From: Takakia lepidozioides
Taxonomy: Eukaryota > Plantae > Bryophyta
Assembly (NCBI GenBank): GCA_030704615.1
Contig: CM060731.1
Location: forward strand, 52,514,001 to 52,578,000
Reading direction: 5' to 3'
Length of the DNA: 64,000 nucleotides
The notes under the pieces are model-generated. The model was given only the letters and a program-made list of their open reading frames with translations. It was not told the DNA's origin and searched no databases. Positions 22,843-32,569 of the stretch are shown here, piece by piece (the stretch's first letter is position 1; every line of letters starts with the position of its first letter). The position numbers and the translations under genes are program-made.

Positions 22843-25317
22843 GTGCGGTTTAGGCCACCTTCACCTCCTGTGTTTTCCACGGAAGGTTCTGATTCGGATT
22901 GTGAATCAGGAGGACTCATACCGGCGGTGCAAGTTGTTTCTTTGTCATTGTTGTGGGACACAATGGAGGAGATGTATGGAGCTACCAAGGGGCCACGAAG
23001 GTACTCTAGGGTGGTGGGCACCATCGAGTTGGATGATTTTATCCAAGAGTTTGATAGTTGGTGTGATTTGCAGCAAATGCGCAATCCACAACTATTTACG
23101 CCTTTCATGGCATGGAAGGGGCTGTTTCAGCACCTTGAGGGGCCGCCTATGGATGATTACCATGAGTTCAGGCGGGGGCATGAGGTTGAGATCGAGGAGT
23201 GGAGGATGTACTGGTCACCCAACTATGTCTCCACTAGGGGCACTAGAGCCACAAGGGCAGTGGCTGCACCTGCCGCTGCACCGGCAGCTTCAGCAAGTAG
23301 CAGAGGGACTAGTGGGACTGGTGGTACAGTAGCTACGATGTCCACCCAAGCCACTACCGCATCAGCACTAGTACCCGTACCTGCCTTCAACCCTGTTGTG
23401 GAGTTCTTCGAAGAGTTGAGATGGAACTACCAAGGGGTGAGGACAGAGAAGTTGCGGAGCTTGCAAGAGTTCCAACGGAAGCCGACCGAGAGCTTGAGGG
23501 AGGCTTTCACTCGCATGAGGCGCTTGATAAATGTAACCCAAGGGGTTACGGAAGCTCAGGCAGTCCAATTCTGGTATGGGATATTGGACAAGGAGCTGAG
23601 GAGAAGGGTGCGGGATGCAACTCTCCTACAAGTGGCCTAACCCACCTTAGCAAATGTGTTTTTGCTGGCAGAGCGGATAGAGCTCAACATGGTGGAGGAA
23701 CGAGTGGTCATGGTGGGATTTGCTAAGGAGACGCCACGGGGTAGTGGTGCTCCTAGCCAACCACTACCTCAACGTGCTCAAGGCAACAAGGGGGCTCAGG
23801 TGAAGCTCAGGGAAGGGCAGAGAGGACCTCAGATGCAGGGGTCTCTCCCTTCATTTGCTGGCCAACAACGGGCGGATGTGGTGTGCTGGACATGTGGAGG
23901 ACCCCATGTCAAGAAGGATTGTCCAGAGGGAGGCAAAGGGCCGGCACATGCACAGCCTGCACAGTTGCAGTGTGGGCATTGTGGCAAGCACGGGCATGGA
24001 GAGGCCCAGTGTTATGGTTTGCATCCTGAGTTGCGCCTAGGTCAGTTCCAAGGGAATAATGGTGGCCGGGGGCGAGGTGGAGCAGCCCAGAGAGGACGAG
24101 GTGGCCAGCCACGAGGTGCAGGCCAAGGCCAAGCTCAACATGGCCAAGGACGCGGAGGTCAGGGTGTTGACCAAGGCATGGCCAACCGGCTTCAACAGCT
24201 AGAGCAGAGGCTCGCTGCCATGGCTACAGCTCAGGTGGTACCGGCTCTAAGGCCGGATGGTCCACCTCCTGTTCCTGAGGGAGGAGATATGGGAGGCATG
24301 GGATTCATGTGTGGAGCAGCACTACCACTAGTGCAGGTGGAGTCTGCTGCAGCCGTGACTCGAGGAGCAGCACGAGTTCCTGAGCCACGAGGTACAGAGG
24401 TGGAGTTGGATCCACAGCGTGGGGAGGCAAGCCGTCAGGCTAGGCTTCCTCAGTCATTCACATTGGCGGAGACAATGTCGACGCCATCCATGGCACCTAG
24501 TTCTCGCCCGACTGTTACCGAGGCGGAGGTTACTATGCCATTGGGGAGAGCTACACGGGTAGCAGCACTACCTAGTGTTGCCAAGGCTACGGCAGCTAGT
24601 GTGCTGCTAAGAGCGGCCACATCTGTGTGCCAGGCTCCATTGTTCTCGGCTACCATGATTACGACGCCGGGGGTAAGACCAGCTGAGGTGTTCAGGCTGG
24701 CAGCTACACTCTATGAGAGTGGGGAGGTTACTTCATCTTCTGCGGAGATAGTAGGAGGTGTAGTGCCGGAGGGATCCTCGGATTTGAGGGTCAATACTGC
24801 CACGGCGGCGCCATGGCAAGCTGCAGCTACCAGGTTGATGGAGCTGCCAGCTAGGCCAGCCATTGAGCGCGCCATGGTGACACCTGGAGTTGTCATGTTA
24901 GACAACCAGGATGGCATTTTCTGTTTGAGTGGACCGGCAGGCAAGAGGTACCGGCCACTGCGGGTCTTGTTGGACTCGGGAGCTCAGCCATTGATGCTGG
25001 GCAGAGCTGCTATTGCAGGCTTGGGCCTCACGGAGGCGGATATGGAGCCTTGTCCTTTCCAGATACAGACGTCTCTGGGAGGATCGGAGCAGGCTCGGGG
25101 CATGACACGGCATGAGTTGGCTATCAGACTACGGCCGGATCACCCTACAGATGGCTCAGTGATGCGAGCCAAGGCCATTGTGACAGACGCAGTATCATAC
25201 GATGTCCTGGTTGGTGGGGCAGTGTTGTACCCCATGGGCTTCACCCTTGGGAGGAGTCAGCTTCCTATAGGCCTGCATGGCAGTCAGGGGAGGGCCGGCG
25301 TGTGCAGCTCCCTGTGA
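22843..25317 (+). pseudogene. gag (two zinc knuckles) plus aspartic protease of copy 1
   Basis: CWTCGGPHVKKDC and CGHCGKHGHGEAQC; LLDSGAQP protease motif at about 24967-24990; CAA>TAA stop at 23638; frameshift near 25250. Confidence 0.85.
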
Positions 25318-26927
25318 CGTTCATAGGAGGAGTTGCGGTTGCCCAGCGAGGCAAGATGCCGACACTAGCAGCATTCACAGCGGCAGTGAGTTGGCCTAGA
25401 GAGTTGCTTGAGGGCAATGCTCATTCAGAGGATGTACCACCTCCGAGAGAGCAAGATGACATGTATGGTATGGCGGAGTTGCCTACCATGGTTGCTCAGA
25501 CTCCATTGTGGGGCACGAGCAAGGATTTGCAGCGGGATGCTGATCGACGGGTGCAACAAGCCTGGGTGGAGGCTTTTGTACCGTCAAGAGAGGAGGAGAG
25601 TGCGGGGATTGCACCAGGACCACCTCAGTTGTCTCCATTGGACATCACACCTATTGTGTGGCAGTATCCGGATGAAGGCATTTATCTTCTGGACTTGTTT
25701 GGCGGGATCAGCACCGGATTGGCTGTTGTGTTACAGGCAGGTGTACGAGTTCGGCGTTACCTGTATGTGGAGAGGGATGAGACTGCACGACGCGTTTCAC
25801 TTCGCCATGTTGCTCAGTTGGTGCAGCGGTACCCTGAGTTGTTGTCGGTGTCTGCAATTTGTGGATATCAGCAGGCCTTGCCAGCAGACATTTCGTTGCT
25901 GGGGGCGCAGGATTTGGAGCGGGTTGGCTCCATTGATTTGGTAGTGGCAAGTTGGCCCTGCCAAGGGCATTTATCAGCCGGGCATGGCAATGGATTGCGA
26001 GACTCGAGGTTGGGTCTGTTTCGGGAGATAGTGCGGATTTTGCGCCACTTGCAGCTTCATCAAGCTGTATCTCCAGCATACATCTTGGAGAATGTGCCAC
26101 TGATGGGCGATTCTCGGGCCAGGGTGATGGCCAGTGTGCATCAAGTCCGGTCGTGGCTTGGGTCAGCAGTGTTGCTAGATGCAGCTACAGTGGGGTCACG
26201 GGCTCATCGTCCACGGCTATGGTGGACTAACTTGATGCCACCCGCACTGCTCAAGCGTGCATTTGATGGGGTGCAGTGGCCAGCACATCTCACAGTGGAT
26301 AACATTCTGGACACAGGGAGGCAGTCTCAGCGTGTGAGACACGATGACCGTTCGCCTTTGGCAGTGGTCAACAAGGTGGGTCAACCACGGGCAGCATTAC
26401 CTACACTGCTCAGCTTCCCAGGATCGCATGCTTTCCGGGATAGTGGACCTGGCCTCCTGTGGGATGCTCAGTTGCAGCAGTTAGTGGAGCCTAATGCTGA
26501 CGAGCGTGAGCGGGCAATGGGTTTTACCACTGGTACCACGGCGGTGTCGTCTCTTTCTGAGGCATCACGTCGTCAAGTGTTGGGGCAAGCAATGGATCTC
26601 AATTGCTTGACCTGGATTATCAGCTTGGCTCTGGCTGAGCAACGCAGAGTGCGGAGTACACTTCCCTCAATGGTCTCTCTGCCTACCGAGACGGTACAGG
26701 CAGTGAGTGGGGGCGAGCATGTGAGGACCACGGGGTGCATGCATCCATGGCACACGTGGGAGGTGCTCGAGGTTCAGAGGGAGTTGGCAGCCAAGGCGGC
26801 TGTGATGGATGAGGTTGGGGATTCTTCTCGGGTTGATGAGGTCCTCAAGGATGAGATGATGGGGCAGGATGAGGCCTTGTCATTGACTGAGCAGGCAGGG
26901 AGTACTGCTCAAGAGGTTGCGGCATAG
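25302..26927 (+). CDS. C5 cytosine DNA methyltransferase domain (DNMT3-like, non-permuted) inside the pol polyprotein
   Basis: Motif I LDLFGGISTG, II VERD, III ADI, IV SWPCQG (catalytic PC), VI ENV, VIII AHRPRLWWTN, IX ERERAMGF, X LGQAMD; core about 25680-26640. Confidence 0.9.
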   Translation: MQLPVTFIGGVAVAQRGKMPTLAAFTAAVSWPRELLEGNAHSEDVPPPREQDDMYGMAELPTMVAQTPLWGTSKDLQRDADRRVQQAWVEAFVPSREEESAGIAPGPPQLSPLDITPIVWQYPDEGIYLLDLFGGISTGLAVVLQAGVRVRRYLYVERDETARRVSLRHVAQLVQRYPELLSVSAICGYQQALPADISLLGAQDLERVGSIDLVVASWPCQGHLSAGHGNGLRDSRLGLFREIVRILRHLQLHQAVSPAYILENVPLMGDSRARVMASVHQVRSWLGSAVLLDAATVGSRAHRPRLWWTNLMPPALLKRAFDGVQWPAHLTVDNILDTGRQSQRVRHDDRSPLAVVNKVGQPRAALPTLLSFPGSHAFRDSGPGLLWDAQLQQLVEPNADERERAMGFTTGTTAVSSLSEASRRQVLGQAMDLNCLTWIISLALAEQRRVRSTLPSMVSLPTETVQAVSGGEHVRTTGCMHPWHTWEVLEVQRELAAKAAVMDEVGDSSRVDEVLKDEMMGQDEALSLTEQAGSTAQEVAA

Positions 26928-27232
26928 CAACCACGGGATGTGTCCTCTACCTCTAAGTCTGCTGGACTTAAGGTTGCAGTTACGAAGGGCAATTGGGAGC
27001 TTGACATTGGACCTATTGTCACTAGAGGAGAGAGACGACGTATACGGCGGTTCCTGAGGCTTACAGGAATTGCTTTGCCTCTCGTGCTACGGTGGATGAG
27101 CATGAGAGACATGTTCAGGTTGTGCATCGATTGGGTTTGGTCAATAGGGATGCGGATGGATTGAGTCGCAATCCATGCACGAGCCAGTAGGATGACACTG
27201 GAGCTCGGTGGCATGGTGAGACGGACGAGGAG

Positions 27233-28813
27233 ATGGTGCCGGGATGGCACGCATCTACATTTTTGTGTATCTTGGCATCGGGAGGTCAGATTGGACCTAC
27301 AACAGGGATGACTGTAGACGGAGTGTCTGAGGACCCTGAGGCTAGTGATGAGCTAGGTGGTGCCAGAGATATACATGAGGATTCGGCTGTGTTGGACTAC
27401 CTCCGCACGGGAGACACGGCAGCCATTGTGACTGCCAGGGAGAGGGATCGGATCCTGCAACGAGCCAAGAGGTTCAAGTGGGAGGGGATACACCTACTTC
27501 GAGTGTGGGAGGATGGTCGGGTGAGGATTGTGCCTCACCCCACACAGCGTGCACGGTTAGTGCGGCATGCCCATGAGGAGTTGGGGCATTTTGGAGTGCG
27601 ACGCACTCACAGTTTACTGCAGGGGCAGTATTGGTGGCGTGGTATGCATACAGAGGTGCAACAGTTCATGGCTAGGTGCATGGTGTGTGACAGGGTGCGT
27701 GCTTCATTCAACGCCCCTACACCACAGTTGCATCCTTTACCAATCATGGGATTGGGCTACAGGTGGAGTCTTGACTTCGCAGGACCGTTGCCACTGACTA
27801 TGCGCCACCACATATATGTGTTGGTGATGGTGGAGCACTTCTCCAAGTGGATTGAGTTGGTTCCATTGCCTGACAAGGCTAGTGAGGGGGCTGCGTATGC
27901 ATTCTTGGATCGTGTGCTTAGCCGATTTGGTGCTCCAGCTGAGGTACTCACGGACCAAGGGAGAGAGTTCTTGGGGGAGTTTCAGGCTTTGTGTGATAAA
28001 GCCTTGATAGACCACCGCACCACTTCTCGGGATCATCCTGAGGCCGATGGCTTAGCAGAGAGCGTTGTTCAGACGGTGAAGAGGGGTTTGCGCAAGTATG
28101 GCTTGCAGAAGGGACACCTAGGAGATTGGGATCTTCAGGTTCCTTGGTTAGCCATGGGCTACAGGTTCAGCAAACAAGCATCACTTGCCTCCTTCTCACC
28201 ATATTTCCTTCTCTTTGGCCGAGAGCCGGATTTGCCTGCAGCCATTCGTAGGGACACTGCTCAAGTCCTTAACCTTGGCGACCCGGACGTGTGGGTACGT
28301 GCATGTAATCAGCGTGCAGAGTTGTTCAAGAAAGTCATGCCCATGGCTTTTGAGAACCTTGCCATTGCACAGCACCGTGATACGTTGAGGTATGCCACTA
28401 TACGTGGTGGAGGATATCGTCCTGGGGTTCGGAGGTTTAGCCCTGGTGACTATGTTTATTTGCACCAGACTGCTCCTACGACTCTGGATGTTACTGCAGG
28501 GTGTGTTATTCTGAGGGTTCGAGAGGTGTTGCCCTCAGGGGTCCTGATCTTGGAGGGTCGGGATGGCATGACTTGGAAGGACCATGTGCGTAATTGTGCG
28601 CCATGTCACCTTCCCAATGTCGATGGCAGAGTTGACCCAAACTTGGCAGTGGTACCTGCAGGTTTGAGGTGCATGTTGTGTGGGTCTGCCAAAGAGGCAG
28701 CCACCATGCTGGTGTGTGATCGATGCTCAAGGGGTTGGCATATGGGATGCTTGACACCACCTCTTGAGAAGGTTCCTGACGGAGATTGGTTGTGTCCACA
28801 CTGCTTGGGATAG
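27233..28813 (+). CDS. Integrase (HHCC, DDE) with C-terminal PHD finger, copy 1
   Basis: HEELGH..CMVC, WSLDFAGP, LTDQGREF, LAE; CMLC..CDRC..WHMGC..WLCPHC (C4HC3). Confidence 0.92.
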   Translation: MVPGWHASTFLCILASGGQIGPTTGMTVDGVSEDPEASDELGGARDIHEDSAVLDYLRTGDTAAIVTARERDRILQRAKRFKWEGIHLLRVWEDGRVRIVPHPTQRARLVRHAHEELGHFGVRRTHSLLQGQYWWRGMHTEVQQFMARCMVCDRVRASFNAPTPQLHPLPIMGLGYRWSLDFAGPLPLTMRHHIYVLVMVEHFSKWIELVPLPDKASEGAAYAFLDRVLSRFGAPAEVLTDQGREFLGEFQALCDKALIDHRTTSRDHPEADGLAESVVQTVKRGLRKYGLQKGHLGDWDLQVPWLAMGYRFSKQASLASFSPYFLLFGREPDLPAAIRRDTAQVLNLGDPDVWVRACNQRAELFKKVMPMAFENLAIAQHRDTLRYATIRGGGYRPGVRRFSPGDYVYLHQTAPTTLDVTAGCVILRVREVLPSGVLILEGRDGMTWKDHVRNCAPCHLPNVDGRVDPNLAVVPAGLRCMLCGSAKEAATMLVCDRCSRGWHMGCLTPPLEKVPDGDWLCPHCLG

Positions 28814-29252
28814 TGGCAGTGGACATGATTGGAGGCAGCTAACAAGACATGGGAGGCCAAGCTCGTAGGAGTCAATACATGAGATCCCAAGCTCAAGTTC
28901 ACAGGTTGCAAGACGGCGACTAACGATGGGGCAACTCTTGCACCCGGCCTCTTGATCTATCGAGTTTGAGTGTAGTAGGGATAGTGGTGGAGGACTTAGT
29001 GAGGCTATGGTCACTATCACATCTTGTGGCTACCTGGACTTAGAGGGACCTAAGCACCAGCTAGGGGGGCAATTGTGTGGACTAGTGACTGCCATAGTGG
29101 GCAGCATAGTGGCAGCCTAGTGACTGACTAGTTGTAGCCTAGTGGTTGGACTAGTGGTATACTAGTGTGTGGTGTGCACATGTGTTGTGTGGTTTTTGGA
29201 CAGCGATGTAGTTGTGTAGCGATATGTATGCGCACGACAGGACTCCTGAGGG

Positions 29253-30480
29253 TTTTCGACAACGTGCGGTCGCCGCCTCGGCGGTCTGGTGCCGCCCAGT
29301 GGCATCCGTTCCCAACACTTAGTGCATCAACACTCAATCCTGTCGGGGGGGGGGGGGGGGGGGTCAAAGGTGGACGTGGTTGGACGGGGTGGCCCGCGAG
29401 GGGGCAACCCGCGGCACGCCCGACTCGATCCCGGAGTATCAACATCCTCCGCATCACCTAAAATTTGGCCCCGGTCCCTCTACGATTGTGCCCGGCAGCC
29501 TGTATTGGATCAGATGCAATGGGTGGCTCCTCGCCACAAAAAACGGTCGCTCTAGGGCCACAATCGATATGTGGTACTACCTCCCCATCCTCGAGGGAGA
29601 CGGGTCGACGTTTCCTCACCATCGCATCCTAATTAACACACGCCACCAGCATTTTCATTTCTCAAAAACCGTTGGCAAAAAGACCCTATGCCTTAGCCTC
29701 GGGGCTTTCTTGAAATTGGTAACCAAAGACGGAGCATCCCTATGGTGCTAGAGAGCCCAAGACAATAAATCCTTCCTCACGTTCTATCTTCAGGATGCCC
29801 ACACCATGGAAAAATTTGTTGAGACTCAGCGCTTTGCGCTTATCAGATTGAACCACATTTTGGGTACGTGAATCCTAATTACACCGTTTATCCTTTCAAC
29901 CCCAAGACCCACAACCAAAACCGCCAATCCAAAACCCAGCACCATAAAGAAAAACAAACACCCTAACCCAGTACCATATGGAAAGAAACAAAATAAAAAT
30001 AAAAACTAAGAACCCCAAAAGGCCCTAAACCCTAAACCCAGAAAGGCCAGCCGTCGCCTCCTGCGACACCCTCACGTAGCATTTGGTGACGTGTTTTTTC
30101 ATTTTTTTGCGCCGAGGGTCGCACCCTGCGACGGAAAGCCGTCGCGGGAGGCGACGTGTTTTTATTTATGTATGGTGCCGGGGGTTGCAAGCAGCGATGG
30201 CCCGCCGTCGAGATTACCATTTACACATTTCAAAAAAAAGGCGGGGCGCAGGCGTGCGACGGCCGGGCGTCGCACGTAGGCGCCGCGCCCTTTTTTTCCC
30301 CCCCAAGTGCTTGAAGCACCTCCTTCTCCTCCCGTTTTCATTTGTTCTTTGGGAGAGAGGTAGTTCTGAGAGTGGGGTTTAGGGTGGAGGAGAAACGCAC
30401 CTGTTGCTGAGCCCGAGGTGGTCGCAAGGCCCCAAGGAGTTTGCCCCAATGCCGCTCCAACGCCCAAGGTAAGCACCGCC
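29253..30480. mobile_element. Probable CACTA-type subterminal repeat region (terminus missing)
   Basis: gcgac/gtcgc and gacgtgttttt motifs resemble 57990-58690 next to the CACTA terminus. Confidence 0.4.
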
Positions 30481-30815
30481 TCCTCTCTCACTTTCTCTCT
30501 TGCTTTCTTGCCCTAAGCACGGGCTGATCTCTCTCTCCCCTATATGGTAGGAATGTCGCGCAGAGGCGCGATCTAAATGAGCTGAAGAGAGAGAGAGAGA
30601 GAGAGAGTCGTGGTGAGCGGGGGAGAGACGCCTTGCAGCGGCGGGGACCCGCGCCGTTGGCAGCCGCGACAGCACCGCAGCAGCTCGCTTGAAGCACCAG
30701 TAGCCACAACAGCAGAGGTAGGTCAGGGTGGGGACATGGTAGACCTTCCTGTCTTGTCATGTGGGATCAAGGGAAAGATGTCGAGAGTTGTCCATAACTT
30801 GTATATCACATCAAA

Positions 30816-30818
<3 letters not shown>

Positions 30819-30908
<90 letters not shown>

Positions 30909-30920
30909 CAGAGAAAGAGA
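30819..30920. repeat. (GA)n microsatellite
   Basis: Direct reading. Confidence 0.95.
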
Positions 30921-30974
30921 TGATGAAACAAAACAAAACAAAAAGAGGTTGGGGGGGGAGTTACTGAGCAGAAG

Positions 30975-32560
30975 GGGTTGGGCTTTTGGCTCAGCCTCGA
31001 GACTTTTAAAGTTGGTAAACAGAGGTACATGCACAATTCCCTTGATAGATTTGAAGAGAGCGTCTCTTTGGTGAGAGAACCCCAGACATCAAAAAATGAA
31101 TACTGTCTTCAGATTGCCCACACAACGGGCAATTGCACTCTCCCTTTCCTCTCTGCTTCTGTTTACTGTTCAAAGGTAGTCTTCCTGCCCTGAGTTTAAA
31201 TTTCAGTATGGTGCCAAGAGTGGGATAGACCCTTGAGCGCATCCATGATGTCCTCCCCCATGTCACAGACTAGAAACAGGTTCAGGAAAGTTTTCTTCTT
31301 AATTTTCATTTTCATCGGACAATTTTCTGGTAACAGACATGGCTTTGGACTCTACACTCTCTAAGTCAGGTTTATCCAGCAAGGTCAAGACTTGCGGGTC
31401 CAGATTCAGATCCTTGAGAATCTCTTCTACTCTCTTCTCCCAGGGCTTACCCTGTTTGACAGGGCGGTCCTATTTCCAAGATATAGAGTCGATTAACTTT
31501 GGATATCTGGTGTTGGACATATGTTGCAGCTGAACCCACCATCTTACCTTGAATTTATCTTGTCTGGAGCTTGAAAGAGAGCAGCACAGAAGAGAGGGAG
31601 AGAGAGAGAGAGAGGTAGAGAGGGACAGAGAGAGGGAGTGAGAAGGAGACATCAGGGGGCAACAAAGAAAATAAAATAAAAGAAGGTGGGGGGGGGGGGG
31701 AGTGACTGAGCAGCTGCTGCTGCTCAGTCACACCGGATCCCCCCCCCACATTTTTATTTTTTTTCTTTGTTGCCCCCTCTCTTGGGGAAACAAAAGGGAC
31801 AGATCCTACCTCTTTCAGGGGCTGACGTTGGTAGTAAGACTTACTTTCACGTACAGAATTAATCCGGGTTTTCCAGATATCCTCTATAAATCCCTTCACA
31901 CAAGCATCAATCTGATGTGTGTGAGTTGCCCAAAAACTAGGCCTCAGAAGGGGCTGGGCTTTTGGCTCAGCCTTGACACTTTCAAAGATAGTAAACAGAC
32001 GTACATGCACAATTCCCTTGATAGATTTGAAGAGACCGTCTCTTTGGTGAGAGAACCCCGGATAGTGTATCAGAAAATGAATAATGTCTTGAGGTTGCCC
32101 ACACAATGGGCAATTGCACTCTCCCTTTCCTCTCTGCTTCTGTTTGCTTATCAAAGGAAGGCTTCTTTCCCCAAGTTTAAATTTCAGTCTAGTGCCGAGA
32201 GTGGATAGACCCTTGAGGTCATCCAAGATGTCCTCCCCCATGTCATAGACTGGAAACAAGTTCAGGGAAGTTTTTTGCCTAACTTCATTTTCACCAGACA
32301 ATCTCATGGCAACAGATATGGTTGGACACTACAGCCTCTAAGTCAGATTTATCCAGCAAGGTGAAGACTTGCGGTTCCAGGTCCAGGTCCTTGAGAATCT
32401 CTTCTACTGTCTTCTGCCAGGACTTAGCCTGTTTGACAGGTCGGTGGGTGGTCCTGTTTCCAAGATATAGAGTCGATTAACTTCGGAAATCTGGTGTTGG
32501 ACATATGCTGCAGCTGACCCCACCATCTGACCTTAAACTCATCTCGTCGGGAGCTTAAAA
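30975..32560 (-). mobile_element. Two tandem copies of an internally deleted LINE 3' fragment
   Basis: CPLCGQ..D..HFL zinc-finger end; homologous to 54090-54790; copies at about 30975-31575 and 31790-32560. Confidence 0.55.
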
Positions 32561-32569
32561 GAGAGGGAG

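Larger units (their letters stand above)
18902..29239 (+). mobile_element. Ty3/Gypsy retrotransposon copy 1 (A-internal-B): gag-PR-DNMT-[RT/RH deleted]-INT-PHD
   Basis: Ends TGTC...GACA; TSD GGAC (18898-18901 / 29240-29243); A 18902-19228; PPT about 29059-29071; B 29074-29239. Confidence 0.9.
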
